Part shown: positions 33,895 through 42,095 of the stretch, piece by piece
Layout of the letters: each line of letters begins with the position of its first letter
Position numbering within the stretch: position 1 is the first letter of the stretch
NCBI GenBank assembly: GCA_009691385.1
Contig: SICQ01000001.1
Location: 1 to 61,836, forward strand
Length of the DNA stretch: 61,836 nt
Direction: 5' to 3'
DNA from: Candidatus Ryanbacteria bacterium
GTDB lineage: Bacteria; Patescibacteriota; Minisyncoccia; Ryanbacterales; GWA2-47-10b
Position numbers and translations under genes: made by a program
The notes under the pieces: generated by a model
What the model saw: the letters and a program-made list of their open reading frames with translations, nothing else
Told to the model about the DNA's origin: nothing
Databases searched by the model: none

Positions 33895-35252
33895 CCCTCT
33901 TCGATTCGCTCACCCGTAGTGAACGGCCTTTTGAACCCCTTGTGGGTGCTACCGTGCGCCTCTATACCTGCGGGCCTACGGTGTACCGGTCGCAACACAT
34001 CGGCAACTATCGTACTTTTATCTTTGAAGATACGCTGCGCAGGATGCTTTTGGCATCTGGTTGGCGAGTGAAGCATGTGATGAATATCACCGATGTGGGC
34101 CATCTTGTATCTGACGCTGATGATGGTGAAGATAAAGTGGAGCGCGAGGCGCGACTCACCGGTAAAACGGCATGGGATATCGCCAAATATTATGAAAAAG
34201 AATTTATCGAAGATATCGCGGCACTTAATATCTTGCCGCCCACCAAGCTGGTGCGCGCCACCGAACATATCACCGAACAACGAGCGCTCATTAAAATACT
34301 TGAGAAAAAAGGATTTACCTACCGTACCGCTGACGGCATATATTTTGATACATCAAAACTAGCAAACTACGGCGAGCTTGCAGGTCGCGACCAGCGCACC
34401 ATTCAGGCGGGATCGCGCGTCGCAATCGGTGAAAAGCAAAACTCTACCGATTTTGCTTTGTGGAAATTTTCGAAGACAGCGGAAAAGAAACGCGATATGG
34501 AATGGCCATCGCCATGGGGTGTAGGATTCCCTGGCTGGCATATTGAATGCTCTGCTATGAGCATGAAATATCTTGGTAAAACGCTTGATATTCACTGTGG
34601 AGGCGCTGATCACCGCGAGATTCACCATCCAAATGAAATTGCACAAAGTGAGGCGGCAACTGGCAAAACCTTTTCGCGCTTTTGGATGCATAGTGCGTTT
34701 TTGACCGTAAAGGGTGAGAAGATGGCCAAATCATCACCCGAGACCAATATCACTATTGCGATTCTCCGCGAACGCGGATTTGATCCGCTTGATTTTCGAT
34801 ATTTTGTACTTGGCACGCACTACCGCAAACCGCTTTCATTTAGCTGGGAAGCTTTGGAAGGGGCGCGTACCGCGCGGCTCAAACTGGTAGGATCTTTGGC
34901 AAATCTTCCAAAAAGAAAAGCGCGAGCTGATGATGATATGAAAAAAGATATTTTGGCCGCCTTTGCCGATAATCTTGCAGCCCCCCAAGCACTCGCGCGT
35001 CTTTGGCAAGGAATCCGTGAGAGTGCATCACGCCCCGCGGTCCTTTGGGCTGATCATTTGTTTGGGCTTAATCTTGCTCATGTTCCTGTCACCTCGCCGA
35101 TACCACTCGATATTCAAGCATTGGCTGACGCACGCGAAGCATACAGGCAATCAAAAGACTGGCAAAAATCAGATGAAATGCGCGAAAAACTTACCGCTCT
35201 TGGTTGGCGCGTAGAAGATACGCCGCACGGACCTGTAGTCCACAAGATATAA
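33867..35252 (+). CDS. cysS: cysteinyl-tRNA synthetase
   Basis: LYTCGPTVYRSQHIGNYRTF (HIGH-type) and GEKMAKSS (KMSKS). The ATG at 33867 overlaps the corA end. Confidence 0.9.
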   Translation: MAKTQRLAVTLFDSLTRSERPFEPLVGATVRLYTCGPTVYRSQHIGNYRTFIFEDTLRRMLLASGWRVKHVMNITDVGHLVSDADDGEDKVEREARLTGKTAWDIAKYYEKEFIEDIAALNILPPTKLVRATEHITEQRALIKILEKKGFTYRTADGIYFDTSKLANYGELAGRDQRTIQAGSRVAIGEKQNSTDFALWKFSKTAEKKRDMEWPSPWGVGFPGWHIECSAMSMKYLGKTLDIHCGGADHREIHHPNEIAQSEAATGKTFSRFWMHSAFLTVKGEKMAKSSPETNITIAILRERGFDPLDFRYFVLGTHYRKPLSFSWEALEGARTARLKLVGSLANLPKRKARADDDMKKDILAAFADNLAAPQALARLWQGIRESASRPAVLWADHLFGLNLAHVPVTSPIPLDIQALADAREAYRQSKDWQKSDEMREKLTALGWRVEDTPHGPVVHKI

Positions 35253-35321
35253 GTCGTCTGACAACATAAATCGTATTTTTGGCAATTGCCCACCCGCGCT
35301 TCTGCGGGGTACATTAGTGAT

Positions 35322-36659
35322 ATGACCGATCCGCTCAAAATACCTCCACACAATAGAGATGCTGAGATGGCAGTACTCGGATCAGTCATGATTGATCGCA
35401 ATGCGATGATCAAAATCGTCGATGTGGTGACGGCTGATGATTTTTATGTAACCGAGCACGCGATCATTTTTCGCGCGATGCTGGATCTTTTCGAACGCAA
35501 CGCACCGCTCGATGTCTTGTCACTCCAAGCGTATCTTGAAGAGAAAGGCCAACTTGAACGCGCGGGCAATGCGAGTTATCTCGCAGGTCTCGTCAATGCG
35601 GTTGCGAGTCCAGCGTCGGCAGGACACTATGCATCTATCGTCAACCGCAAACGAGTTTTGCGCGATCTTATCTCAGCTTCCTATGCTATCGGCGAGATGG
35701 GCTACCAGGAAGACCAAGATGTAGAGCATTTACTCGATCAGGCGGAAAGCCGAATCTTTAGTATTTCGCAGCACTCACTACGGCAAAAGTTTTTTCCTGT
35801 GCGCGATGCGCTCCAAGAAGCGTGGGAGCGCATCGATAATTTGCACAAGGGTGACGGTGCAATGCGTGGTGTGCCGACTGGATTTGATAAGCTTGATAAC
35901 CTTCTTTCGGGTCTTCAAAAATCTGACCTTGTTATTTTAGCCGCTCGCCCCTCGCTTGGTAAGACATCTCTCGCGCTTGATATTGCGCGCAATGCGGCAG
36001 TACAGCACAAAATCCCCGTAGGCATTTTTAGTTTGGAAATGTCGAACCAGCAACTTATTGATCGTTTTATCGCGGCCGAGGCTCATGTGGATTTGTGGAA
36101 ACTGCGCACCGGGCGACTCTCCGAGCATTCAAATGATTTTGTGCGCATCAATGACGCACTTGCGCGCCTTGCTGAAGCTCCTATCTATATTGATGATGCA
36201 GCGACCTCAAATGTCCTCCAAATGCGCGCGATGGCTCGTCGTCTGCAGTCAGAGTCGAACCTTGGCCTAATTATTATCGACTACTTGCAGCTCATGCAAC
36301 CACGCCAGCATACTGACAATATGGTGCAACAAATCACCGAAATCTCACGCTCACTCAAACAACTCGCGCGTGAACTCAATGTACCCGTACTCGCCCTCTC
36401 GCAACTCTCGCGTGCCGTAGAACAGCGCCACCCGCCAATCCCTAAGCTTTCTGACCTTCGTGAATCAGGATCTATCGAGCAAGATGCCGATGTGGTTATG
36501 TTTATCTATCGCGAAGATCGCACGAAACAAGATTCGGCACGACCCAATGTCGCTGAAATTTTAGTAGAAAAACATCGTAACGGTCCCACCGGCAAAGTAG
36601 AGCTTTATTTCAACCAAGAAAAAGCGAGCTTTTCATCACTCGACGAATCATTTACCTAA
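35322..36659 (+). CDS. dnaB: replicative DNA helicase
   Basis: N-terminus PPHNRDAEMAVLGSVMID, Walker A ARPSLGKTSLAL, and IIIDYLQLM. Confidence 0.9.
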   Translation: MTDPLKIPPHNRDAEMAVLGSVMIDRNAMIKIVDVVTADDFYVTEHAIIFRAMLDLFERNAPLDVLSLQAYLEEKGQLERAGNASYLAGLVNAVASPASAGHYASIVNRKRVLRDLISASYAIGEMGYQEDQDVEHLLDQAESRIFSISQHSLRQKFFPVRDALQEAWERIDNLHKGDGAMRGVPTGFDKLDNLLSGLQKSDLVILAARPSLGKTSLALDIARNAAVQHKIPVGIFSLEMSNQQLIDRFIAAEAHVDLWKLRTGRLSEHSNDFVRINDALARLAEAPIYIDDAATSNVLQMRAMARRLQSESNLGLIIIDYLQLMQPRQHTDNMVQQITEISRSLKQLARELNVPVLALSQLSRAVEQRHPPIPKLSDLRESGSIEQDADVVMFIYREDRTKQDSARPNVAEILVEKHRNGPTGKVELYFNQEKASFSSLDESFT

Positions 36660-37277
36660 ATGCACCCTGAACCCATAAAGCGCTTGATAGATTTCTTCAC
36701 TCGCCTTCCGGGTATTGGACCACGGCAAGCATCTCGCTTTGCCTATACGCTTCTTGATGAAGATCAATCGACACTCAAGGGATTTGCACGCGCACTCGAA
36801 GCGCTTGCCGATCAAGTATCAAGATGCGAAGAATGTTTTCGTGGTGTTGAAACTGCTGACGGCAAAAAATGCTCAACCTGCAAGCTTGGCGCGTTTAACG
36901 CACTTCTGATAGTCGAGAAAGACCAAGATTTTGAAACCGTATCAAAAAGCGGACTGTGGGATGGCGGCTACCATGTACTGGGCGGTACCATATCACTCCT
37001 CAATGAAAAAACGAGGGTTACCGAACGCATCCGCGCTCTGTATGATCGTATAGGCGCACGCGCTAAAGGACGCGAGACACCACTTGAAATAGTACTCGCG
37101 ACCTCTCTTACAACTGAGGGAGACGCGACCGGTTTGTATATCGAACGAGTGCTGGAACCCTACATAAAAAATAAATCAATCGCACTCACCCGCCTTGGAC
37201 GCGGAATATCTACCGGTACTGAGATGGAATTTGCCGATCCTCAAACCCTCAAAAACGCTCTCAAAAATAGAAAATAA
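36660..37277 (+). CDS. recR: recombination protein RecR
   Basis: LPGIGPRQASRFAY helix-hairpin-helix, a CxxC...CxxC zinc finger and a Toprim domain. It starts directly after the dnaB stop. Confidence 0.9.
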   Translation: MHPEPIKRLIDFFTRLPGIGPRQASRFAYTLLDEDQSTLKGFARALEALADQVSRCEECFRGVETADGKKCSTCKLGAFNALLIVEKDQDFETVSKSGLWDGGYHVLGGTISLLNEKTRVTERIRALYDRIGARAKGRETPLEIVLATSLTTEGDATGLYIERVLEPYIKNKSIALTRLGRGISTGTEMEFADPQTLKNALKNRK

Positions 37278-37307
37278 AAACACCTTCTCCATCTAGTGAA
37301 GAAGGTG
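37270..37307 (-). terminator. rho-independent terminator of the 37293-37553 gene
   Basis: 8-bp stem CACCTTCT/AGAAGGTG. On the minus strand it is followed by TTTTTATTTTC. The minus-strand stop codon lies in the loop. Confidence 0.6.
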
Positions 37308-37553
37308 ACTGCCCATCCCAAGAAGTTTCTTGGATGTTCTGTCGGGACCCTCGTAGTCCCAGTAGACGCGTTGTACCGGCTCTTCGCGCCCCTCGGCGCT
37401 GACTTCGAGCGCGCCGCCGCGCCATCCATGCTGGATCTTTGCGGCGATCTGCTCGAGAACCTCGCCGAGCCCTACCTGACAGAGCCCAACATCATCGACA
37501 AGTGTTGTGATGGAGATGTTGAGCGTACCCCTGATGACTCCTCCTTTAGGCAT
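37293..37553 (-). CDS. small GC-rich hypothetical protein (86 aa)
   Basis: The minus-strand ATG is preceded by GGGAGGT at a 5-nt spacing and the ORF is followed by its own terminator. The line 37381-37440 is 68% GC. No family recognised. Confidence 0.55.
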   Translation of the reverse strand: MPKGGVIRGTLNISITTLVDDVGLCQVGLGEVLEQIAAKIQHGWRGGALEVSAEGREEPVQRVYWDYEGPDRTSKKLLGMGSHLLH

Positions 37554-37610
37554 ACATACCTCCCGAGCTATCTATAATCAGAGTAGCAATAGCGTTTTTT
37601 ATACGCAAGA

Positions 37611-37640
37611 AAAAATAGCCCTTTGTGGGGGCTATTTTTT
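37611..37640 (-). terminator. rho-independent terminator of rplU
   Basis: Stem ATAGCCC/GGGCTAT with A and T runs on both sides. It overlaps the rplU stop codon. Confidence 0.75.
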
Positions 37641-37943
37641 GATGGTTTTGATCGCTACTTCAGTGAAGTGTTGGCGATGACCCTTTCTGCGGCGTCTGCG
37701 AGTCTTTGAGTGGTAACGGAGAATCTTAATCTTACGAAGGCGGCCTTGGCGCATGATATCCGCCTCGACACTCACGCCTTTCAAATATGGCTTGCCGATA
37801 GATACTGTCTCGCCATCGATCACGAGCAAAACTTTATCAAACACAATCGTATCCCCTTCTGACTCAGGGAGCTTTTCAATCTTGAATTTCTGGCCGGCAC
37901 CAACGAGATATTGCTTGCCGCCTGTCTCAATAACTGCGATCAT
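37632..37943 (-). CDS. rplU: 50S ribosomal protein L21
   Basis: MIAVIETGGKQYLV...KIKILRYHSKTRRRRRKGHRQHFTEV is the L21 signature. Confidence 0.95.
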   Translation of the reverse strand: MIAVIETGGKQYLVGAGQKFKIEKLPESEGDTIVFDKVLLVIDGETVSIGKPYLKGVSVEADIMRQGRLRKIKILRYHSKTRRRRRKGHRQHFTEVAIKTIKK

Positions 37944-37955
37944 AATTGCTCTATA

Positions 37956-39008
37956 CTACCCGTTTCTGTCCGTTGTGTCAAGAAGTTGGGGGTCAATTCC
38001 CATGCCTTCGCCGGCAATACGAGTGACATCTTTGTCTATCTTTTTGAGCTCTTTATAGCCCGTATTATAGTGGTTGATAGTCGAATCAAGCGAAGTGCCA
38101 AGCTTCATATAAAACTGCTCATAGGCGGCCACATGGCGCCCTAACTCGCCTACACGCTTGATAACCTCCCCGACGGATTTTTCAATCTTCATCTGATTGA
38201 GTCCCTGCAATATCGTCTGTAAAAACGCATAAAACGAGTTTGGTGAGACGATATGCACGCGCTTGGTCAGCGCGTATTGGATAAGATCCTGCGTGTTTAC
38301 CTTTATGGTGCCTACCTGATTTATCGTCAGATCATAATAAATAGCTTCTGATGGGATAAACATAAGCGCAAAATCCATCGTGCCTTCTTGGGGGCGAACA
38401 TACTTGGAAGTTTCATCGATACGCATTTTGAGATCCTGTTTAAACGCTTTTTCATAACGCTCGCGCTCTTCGGTGCCCTTTGCCTCCACCACGCGGTTAT
38501 AATTTTCAAGCGAAAACTTTGAGTCGATAGGTATAACCTTCTCACCTACTAATATGACTGCATCAACGATGAGCTCGCGACCATCATCATTTTTACCAAG
38601 CTTGTACTGCATCTGATAGGCAGAGGGCGGCAAAATATTTTTGAGTACGGTTTCAAGATAATACTCGCCGAGCACGCCGCGTTGTTTTGGGTTTTTGAGA
38701 ATATCTTGGAGTGATTGGAGCTGATCGGCAAAATTTACCACCTGACGGTTGGTTTCATCAAGTTTGGTAAGTTTTTCGGTTACATCACGGATGATTTTAA
38801 ATGATGACTCGCCTTGTGATTGGATAAGCCGCGTTGATTCGCCAAGGCGCGCGTCAAGCTTGCGCTCGATATCACTGATCTGGCTCTGCAGCATGAGCAT
38901 GCTCTCGCCCGGAGGCCCTGCTTTGCGCCCGCGCAACAATATCCATGCCACAATAAAAGCAATAATAGCACCTGCAAAAAATATTCCGATTGATTGCGTA
39001 TCTTGCAT
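37956..39008 (-). CDS. rmuC: DNA recombination protein RmuC
   Basis: N-terminal TM helix, a coiled coil, then LKNPKQRGVLGEYYLETVL...DAVI...IPIDSKF, the RmuC nuclease-like core. The ATG at 39008 sits just after the upstream gene stop. Confidence 0.85.
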   Translation of the reverse strand: MQDTQSIGIFFAGAIIAFIVAWILLRGRKAGPPGESMLMLQSQISDIERKLDARLGESTRLIQSQGESSFKIIRDVTEKLTKLDETNRQVVNFADQLQSLQDILKNPKQRGVLGEYYLETVLKNILPPSAYQMQYKLGKNDDGRELIVDAVILVGEKVIPIDSKFSLENYNRVVEAKGTEERERYEKAFKQDLKMRIDETSKYVRPQEGTMDFALMFIPSEAIYYDLTINQVGTIKVNTQDLIQYALTKRVHIVSPNSFYAFLQTILQGLNQMKIEKSVGEVIKRVGELGRHVAAYEQFYMKLGTSLDSTINHYNTGYKELKKIDKDVTRIAGEGMGIDPQLLDTTDRNG

Positions 39009-39009
39009 G

Positions 39010-41604
39010 TTAGGACTGTAGCACGGCTCGGGTACCTTCACGCAAGCGTCTAACGATAAAAATATACTTTACAAGCTCAATAATACAAAGATCTACAAGA
39101 CCCAAGAACAACAATGCTATAAAATACATCGGTTCGAGCTGTTCAAGATGCAAAAGTTTTTGTAATGGCTCTACAAAAAGAGTGGGGAGCAAGAGTAACA
39201 TGCTCGCGGTAAAGGCAAGTAGCAAATAAGGGTTTGAGAAAAAATTGATCTTCCAAATCGGTCTGCGAAGACTGCGGATGGAAAATACAAAGAAAAACGC
39301 ATTGATGGCGAGTCCGTAAAACATCACGGTACGCACCGTATCGAGAGGAATGCCTGCGCCGAGCAATTTCACAAATACCGAAAGTAGCAAGAGATCAGCC
39401 GAGATGCCTACGATAAATACCATAGCTTTCATCTCGGGGGTAAAAAATGCCCCGTGCTCCTGAGGTCTACGCGTGAGCACATCTTTTTCGCGCTTTTCAA
39501 ACGCAAACGCAAAATTGAAAAAACCCTCGCCAACGAGATTCATCCACAAAATCTGCGCGGGTAAAAGCGGCAAAGGCAACCCCAATACAAACGCGCCACC
39601 GATCAAAATAATCTCGGTAAAGGCGGTCGCGAGCAAAAAAGTCATCACTTTGCGAATGTTATCGATAATCGCGCGGCCTTCTTCAATCGCACCGACAATC
39701 GTCGAAAAACTATCATTGATCAGCACAAGATCAGCGGCTTCTTTGGCGACATCCGTACCTGACCCGAGCGCCACGCCAATATCAGCACGACGGAGTGCAG
39801 GTGCGTCATTGACCCCATCGCCTGTCATAGCAACCACCGCGCCTCGCTTTTGCCATGCCTCGGCGATCATTGATTTTTGATGCGGCAATACACGCGCAAA
39901 TACATCGATACGCGAAATATCGACCTTGCCATCTTCAGCATCCTGCCCTAAAGCGATGCGATCCGTGTTACCAGCAAACTCAAGCTCGTGTGCTACGCGC
40001 TGCGCGGTAAGCTGATGATCGCCCGTCACGATGACAGGACGGACACCCGCGGCTTCGGCAAGATGCAAAGAAACCTTGGCGTCTTTACGAAGCGGATCGT
40101 GTAAACCCAAAAAACCTAAAAACTCCATACTGGTAAAATGATCAGGTGTCGGAGGAGTATGGCTATGTACATGCTTGCGCGCGCACGCGATAAGTCGAGC
40201 GCCGGTTTCTGCCGCTTTACTATATAAGGCTTCAAGCTCTAAGCGCTCATCGGCAGGTAAATGCGAACGCGCGAGGATTGCCTCAGGTGCGCCACTGACA
40301 AACACAATATATTCTCCACCCTTTTGGTATATGGCTGCCGAAAAACGCAGCTCGGTATCAAAGGGCATCGTCTCAATTTTGATATGCGTTCGCTCAAAAT
40401 CATCTTTGTTAATACCCGAAGCAATACCGGCCTTTAAAAGTGCTGCGTCAGTTGCCTCACCTCTGATCTTCCATTCAGCAAGCTGTGCCTCGGGGTTTTC
40501 AATAAACGCGGTGGAGGTAAGAACACCAGCCAAGAGCAAATCTTCTTTTGCGCGCGGACCTTCCTTGCGCGGCATGACTTGGGATACTTCCATTTTACCT
40601 TCAGTGAGCGTGCCTGTTTTATCAGTTAAAATAACCGTCGTCAGGCCCAAAATCTCTGCGCTCTTCAAACGCTTGAGAAGGCCTCCTTTTTTTAAAATAC
40701 GCTCAGCGCCAAGTGCCAAGATAACCGTAACCGCGATAGGCAATCCTTCGGGTACCGCTGACACGGCAAGCGCAACTGCTGTCAAAAACATCGTCTCGAC
40801 ACTTTCTCCACGCATCACACCGAGCACAAAAATAAAACAAGAAAATACAAACGCTCCGATACTGATTACGCGAGCAAGATCTTTGATATGTTCTTGAAAC
40901 GGCGTGAGTGGTTCACGCGTGTCAGAGACAAGCTGCGCAATCTTACCGAGCTCGGTGCGCATGCCGGTTGCCGTCACGACAGCTCGGGCGCGACCCGCCT
41001 CGCAGAGCGTGCCAGCAAAAATCATATTGTCACGATCAGCGACTGGTGTGTGCGCGGGAAGCTCATGAATATTTTTTTCTTGTCCAATCCATTCACCAGT
41101 GAGCGCGGATTCGTTAATCTTGAGGCGCTGAACCTCTATGAGTCGCGCGTCAGCCTCAACACTCATGCCTGCATCAATCTCGATAATGTCGCCCGGCACG
41201 AGCAGACGCGCTTCTACCTCGCGTAATACCCCGCCACGCAATACCCGTGCCTTACGCTCTATCGTTTTGCGTAGTGCTTCAAACGCTCGCGATGCGCGCC
41301 CTTCCTGTGCAACACCAATGATAGTATTGATCGCTACCGCGATGATGATGATCAGCGCTTCAGGAGCATCATCAAGAAGAAAAAAAGTAATACCCGCGGC
41401 GATAAGCAAAATAGCGACTAACGGACTGGCAAGCTGACCTAGTATCAAATTTAAAAGACGCCATGGGCGTTTGCGTGTGATTTCATTGGCACCGTATTGT
41501 TGACGCATTTCCTCCGCACGATCATCAGAAAATCCACGCGCGCGCACAACTGAAAAACGAGCCAAAGCCGCATCAGCGCTCAAAACATGCCACTGATCAT
41601 TCAT
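39010..41604 (-). CDS. P-type cation-transporting ATPase (type II, Ca/Mg-like)
   Basis: TGE (ALTGEW), DKTGTLT phosphorylation site, TGDGVNDAPAL hinge, and a Cation_ATPase_N-like N-terminus. The ATG at 41604 (MNDQWHV...) is preferred over 41655. Confidence 0.9.
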   Translation of the reverse strand: MNDQWHVLSADAALARFSVVRARGFSDDRAEEMRQQYGANEITRKRPWRLLNLILGQLASPLVAILLIAAGITFFLLDDAPEALIIIIAVAINTIIGVAQEGRASRAFEALRKTIERKARVLRGGVLREVEARLLVPGDIIEIDAGMSVEADARLIEVQRLKINESALTGEWIGQEKNIHELPAHTPVADRDNMIFAGTLCEAGRARAVVTATGMRTELGKIAQLVSDTREPLTPFQEHIKDLARVISIGAFVFSCFIFVLGVMRGESVETMFLTAVALAVSAVPEGLPIAVTVILALGAERILKKGGLLKRLKSAEILGLTTVILTDKTGTLTEGKMEVSQVMPRKEGPRAKEDLLLAGVLTSTAFIENPEAQLAEWKIRGEATDAALLKAGIASGINKDDFERTHIKIETMPFDTELRFSAAIYQKGGEYIVFVSGAPEAILARSHLPADERLELEALYSKAAETGARLIACARKHVHSHTPPTPDHFTSMEFLGFLGLHDPLRKDAKVSLHLAEAAGVRPVIVTGDHQLTAQRVAHELEFAGNTDRIALGQDAEDGKVDISRIDVFARVLPHQKSMIAEAWQKRGAVVAMTGDGVNDAPALRRADIGVALGSGTDVAKEAADLVLINDSFSTIVGAIEEGRAIIDNIRKVMTFLLATAFTEIILIGGAFVLGLPLPLLPAQILWMNLVGEGFFNFAFAFEKREKDVLTRRPQEHGAFFTPEMKAMVFIVGISADLLLLSVFVKLLGAGIPLDTVRTVMFYGLAINAFFFVFSIRSLRRPIWKINFFSNPYLLLAFTASMLLLLPTLFVEPLQKLLHLEQLEPMYFIALLFLGLVDLCIIELVKYIFIVRRLREGTRAVLQS

Positions 41605-41642
41605 TGAGTTTATTGTACCAAAAAATAAGTATTCACTAAAAG

Positions 41643-41673
41643 AAAAAAGCCGCATACCCTGTGGGATTGCGGC
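41643..41673 (-). terminator. rho-independent terminator of the 41682-41921 gene
   Basis: Stem GCCGCA...TGCGGC with an inner CCC/GGG pairing. On the minus strand it is followed by TTTTTTC. Confidence 0.75.
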
Positions 41674-41681
41674 CTATCTGA

Positions 41682-41921
41682 CTAAAATACCCCCTCGGCC
41701 CTGTTCGCCTCGAGAAGTGCGTGGAGCGTTTCTCGAATCGCACCGAGTGCCTCATTGGCGCCGATCGGGTGATTGGCGACTACAAGAAATTCATGAACCT
41801 CAGTGCTCGATGCGCCCTGCTCTGTCCAGTTGGCAAAGGCGCTGGTCAGGCCCAAGAGCTCTACTGAAACGACTTCGAGATGCTGGGTAATCTCTATAAA
41901 CGACGTACGATCAACGATCAT
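41682..41921 (-). CDS. small GC-rich helical hypothetical protein (79 aa)
   Basis: The ATG is preceded by a GGGGG Shine-Dalgarno-like run. The gene has its own terminator and lies 60 nt downstream of tRNA-Glu. No family recognised. Confidence 0.5.
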   Translation of the reverse strand: MIVDRTSFIEITQHLEVVSVELLGLTSAFANWTEQGASSTEVHEFLVVANHPIGANEALGAIRETLHALLEANRAEGVF

Positions 41922-41980
41922 TAATACCCCCGTTACAATTATGGTTTTGTGGAACTGAAATTTTAATGTACATTTGTCAG

Positions 41981-42052
41981 CAGCCCCACGGAGAATCGAA
42001 CTCCGATTTAGCGGATGAGAACCGCTTGTCCTAGCCGTTAGACGATAGGGCC
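41981..42052 (-). tRNA. tRNA-Glu (anticodon CUC)
   Basis: A 72-nt cloverleaf folded by hand. Acceptor stem GGCCCTA/TGGGGCT (two G-U pairs), D arm GTCT-AACGGCTA-GGAC, anticodon arm AGCGG-TTCTCAT-CCGCT, 4-nt variable loop, T arm CGGAG-TTCGATT-CTCCG, discriminator G. No CCA is encoded. Confidence 0.85.
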
Positions 42053-42095
42053 GTAATTGCCTGCCACTATACCATAAAAATACTAAAAATCCAGC

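Noticed and set aside
37296-37577. 93-aa plus-strand ORF overlapping the 86-aa minus-strand ORF
   Set aside because: The minus-strand frame has a GGGAGGT Shine-Dalgarno site at the correct spacing and a terminator with a T-run on that strand. The plus-strand frame has neither and would begin inside the terminator hairpin.
40175-40897. 240-aa plus-strand ORF
   Set aside because: It is antisense to the P-type ATPase. It is Ser/Ala-rich and low-complexity, which marks it as a shadow ORF.
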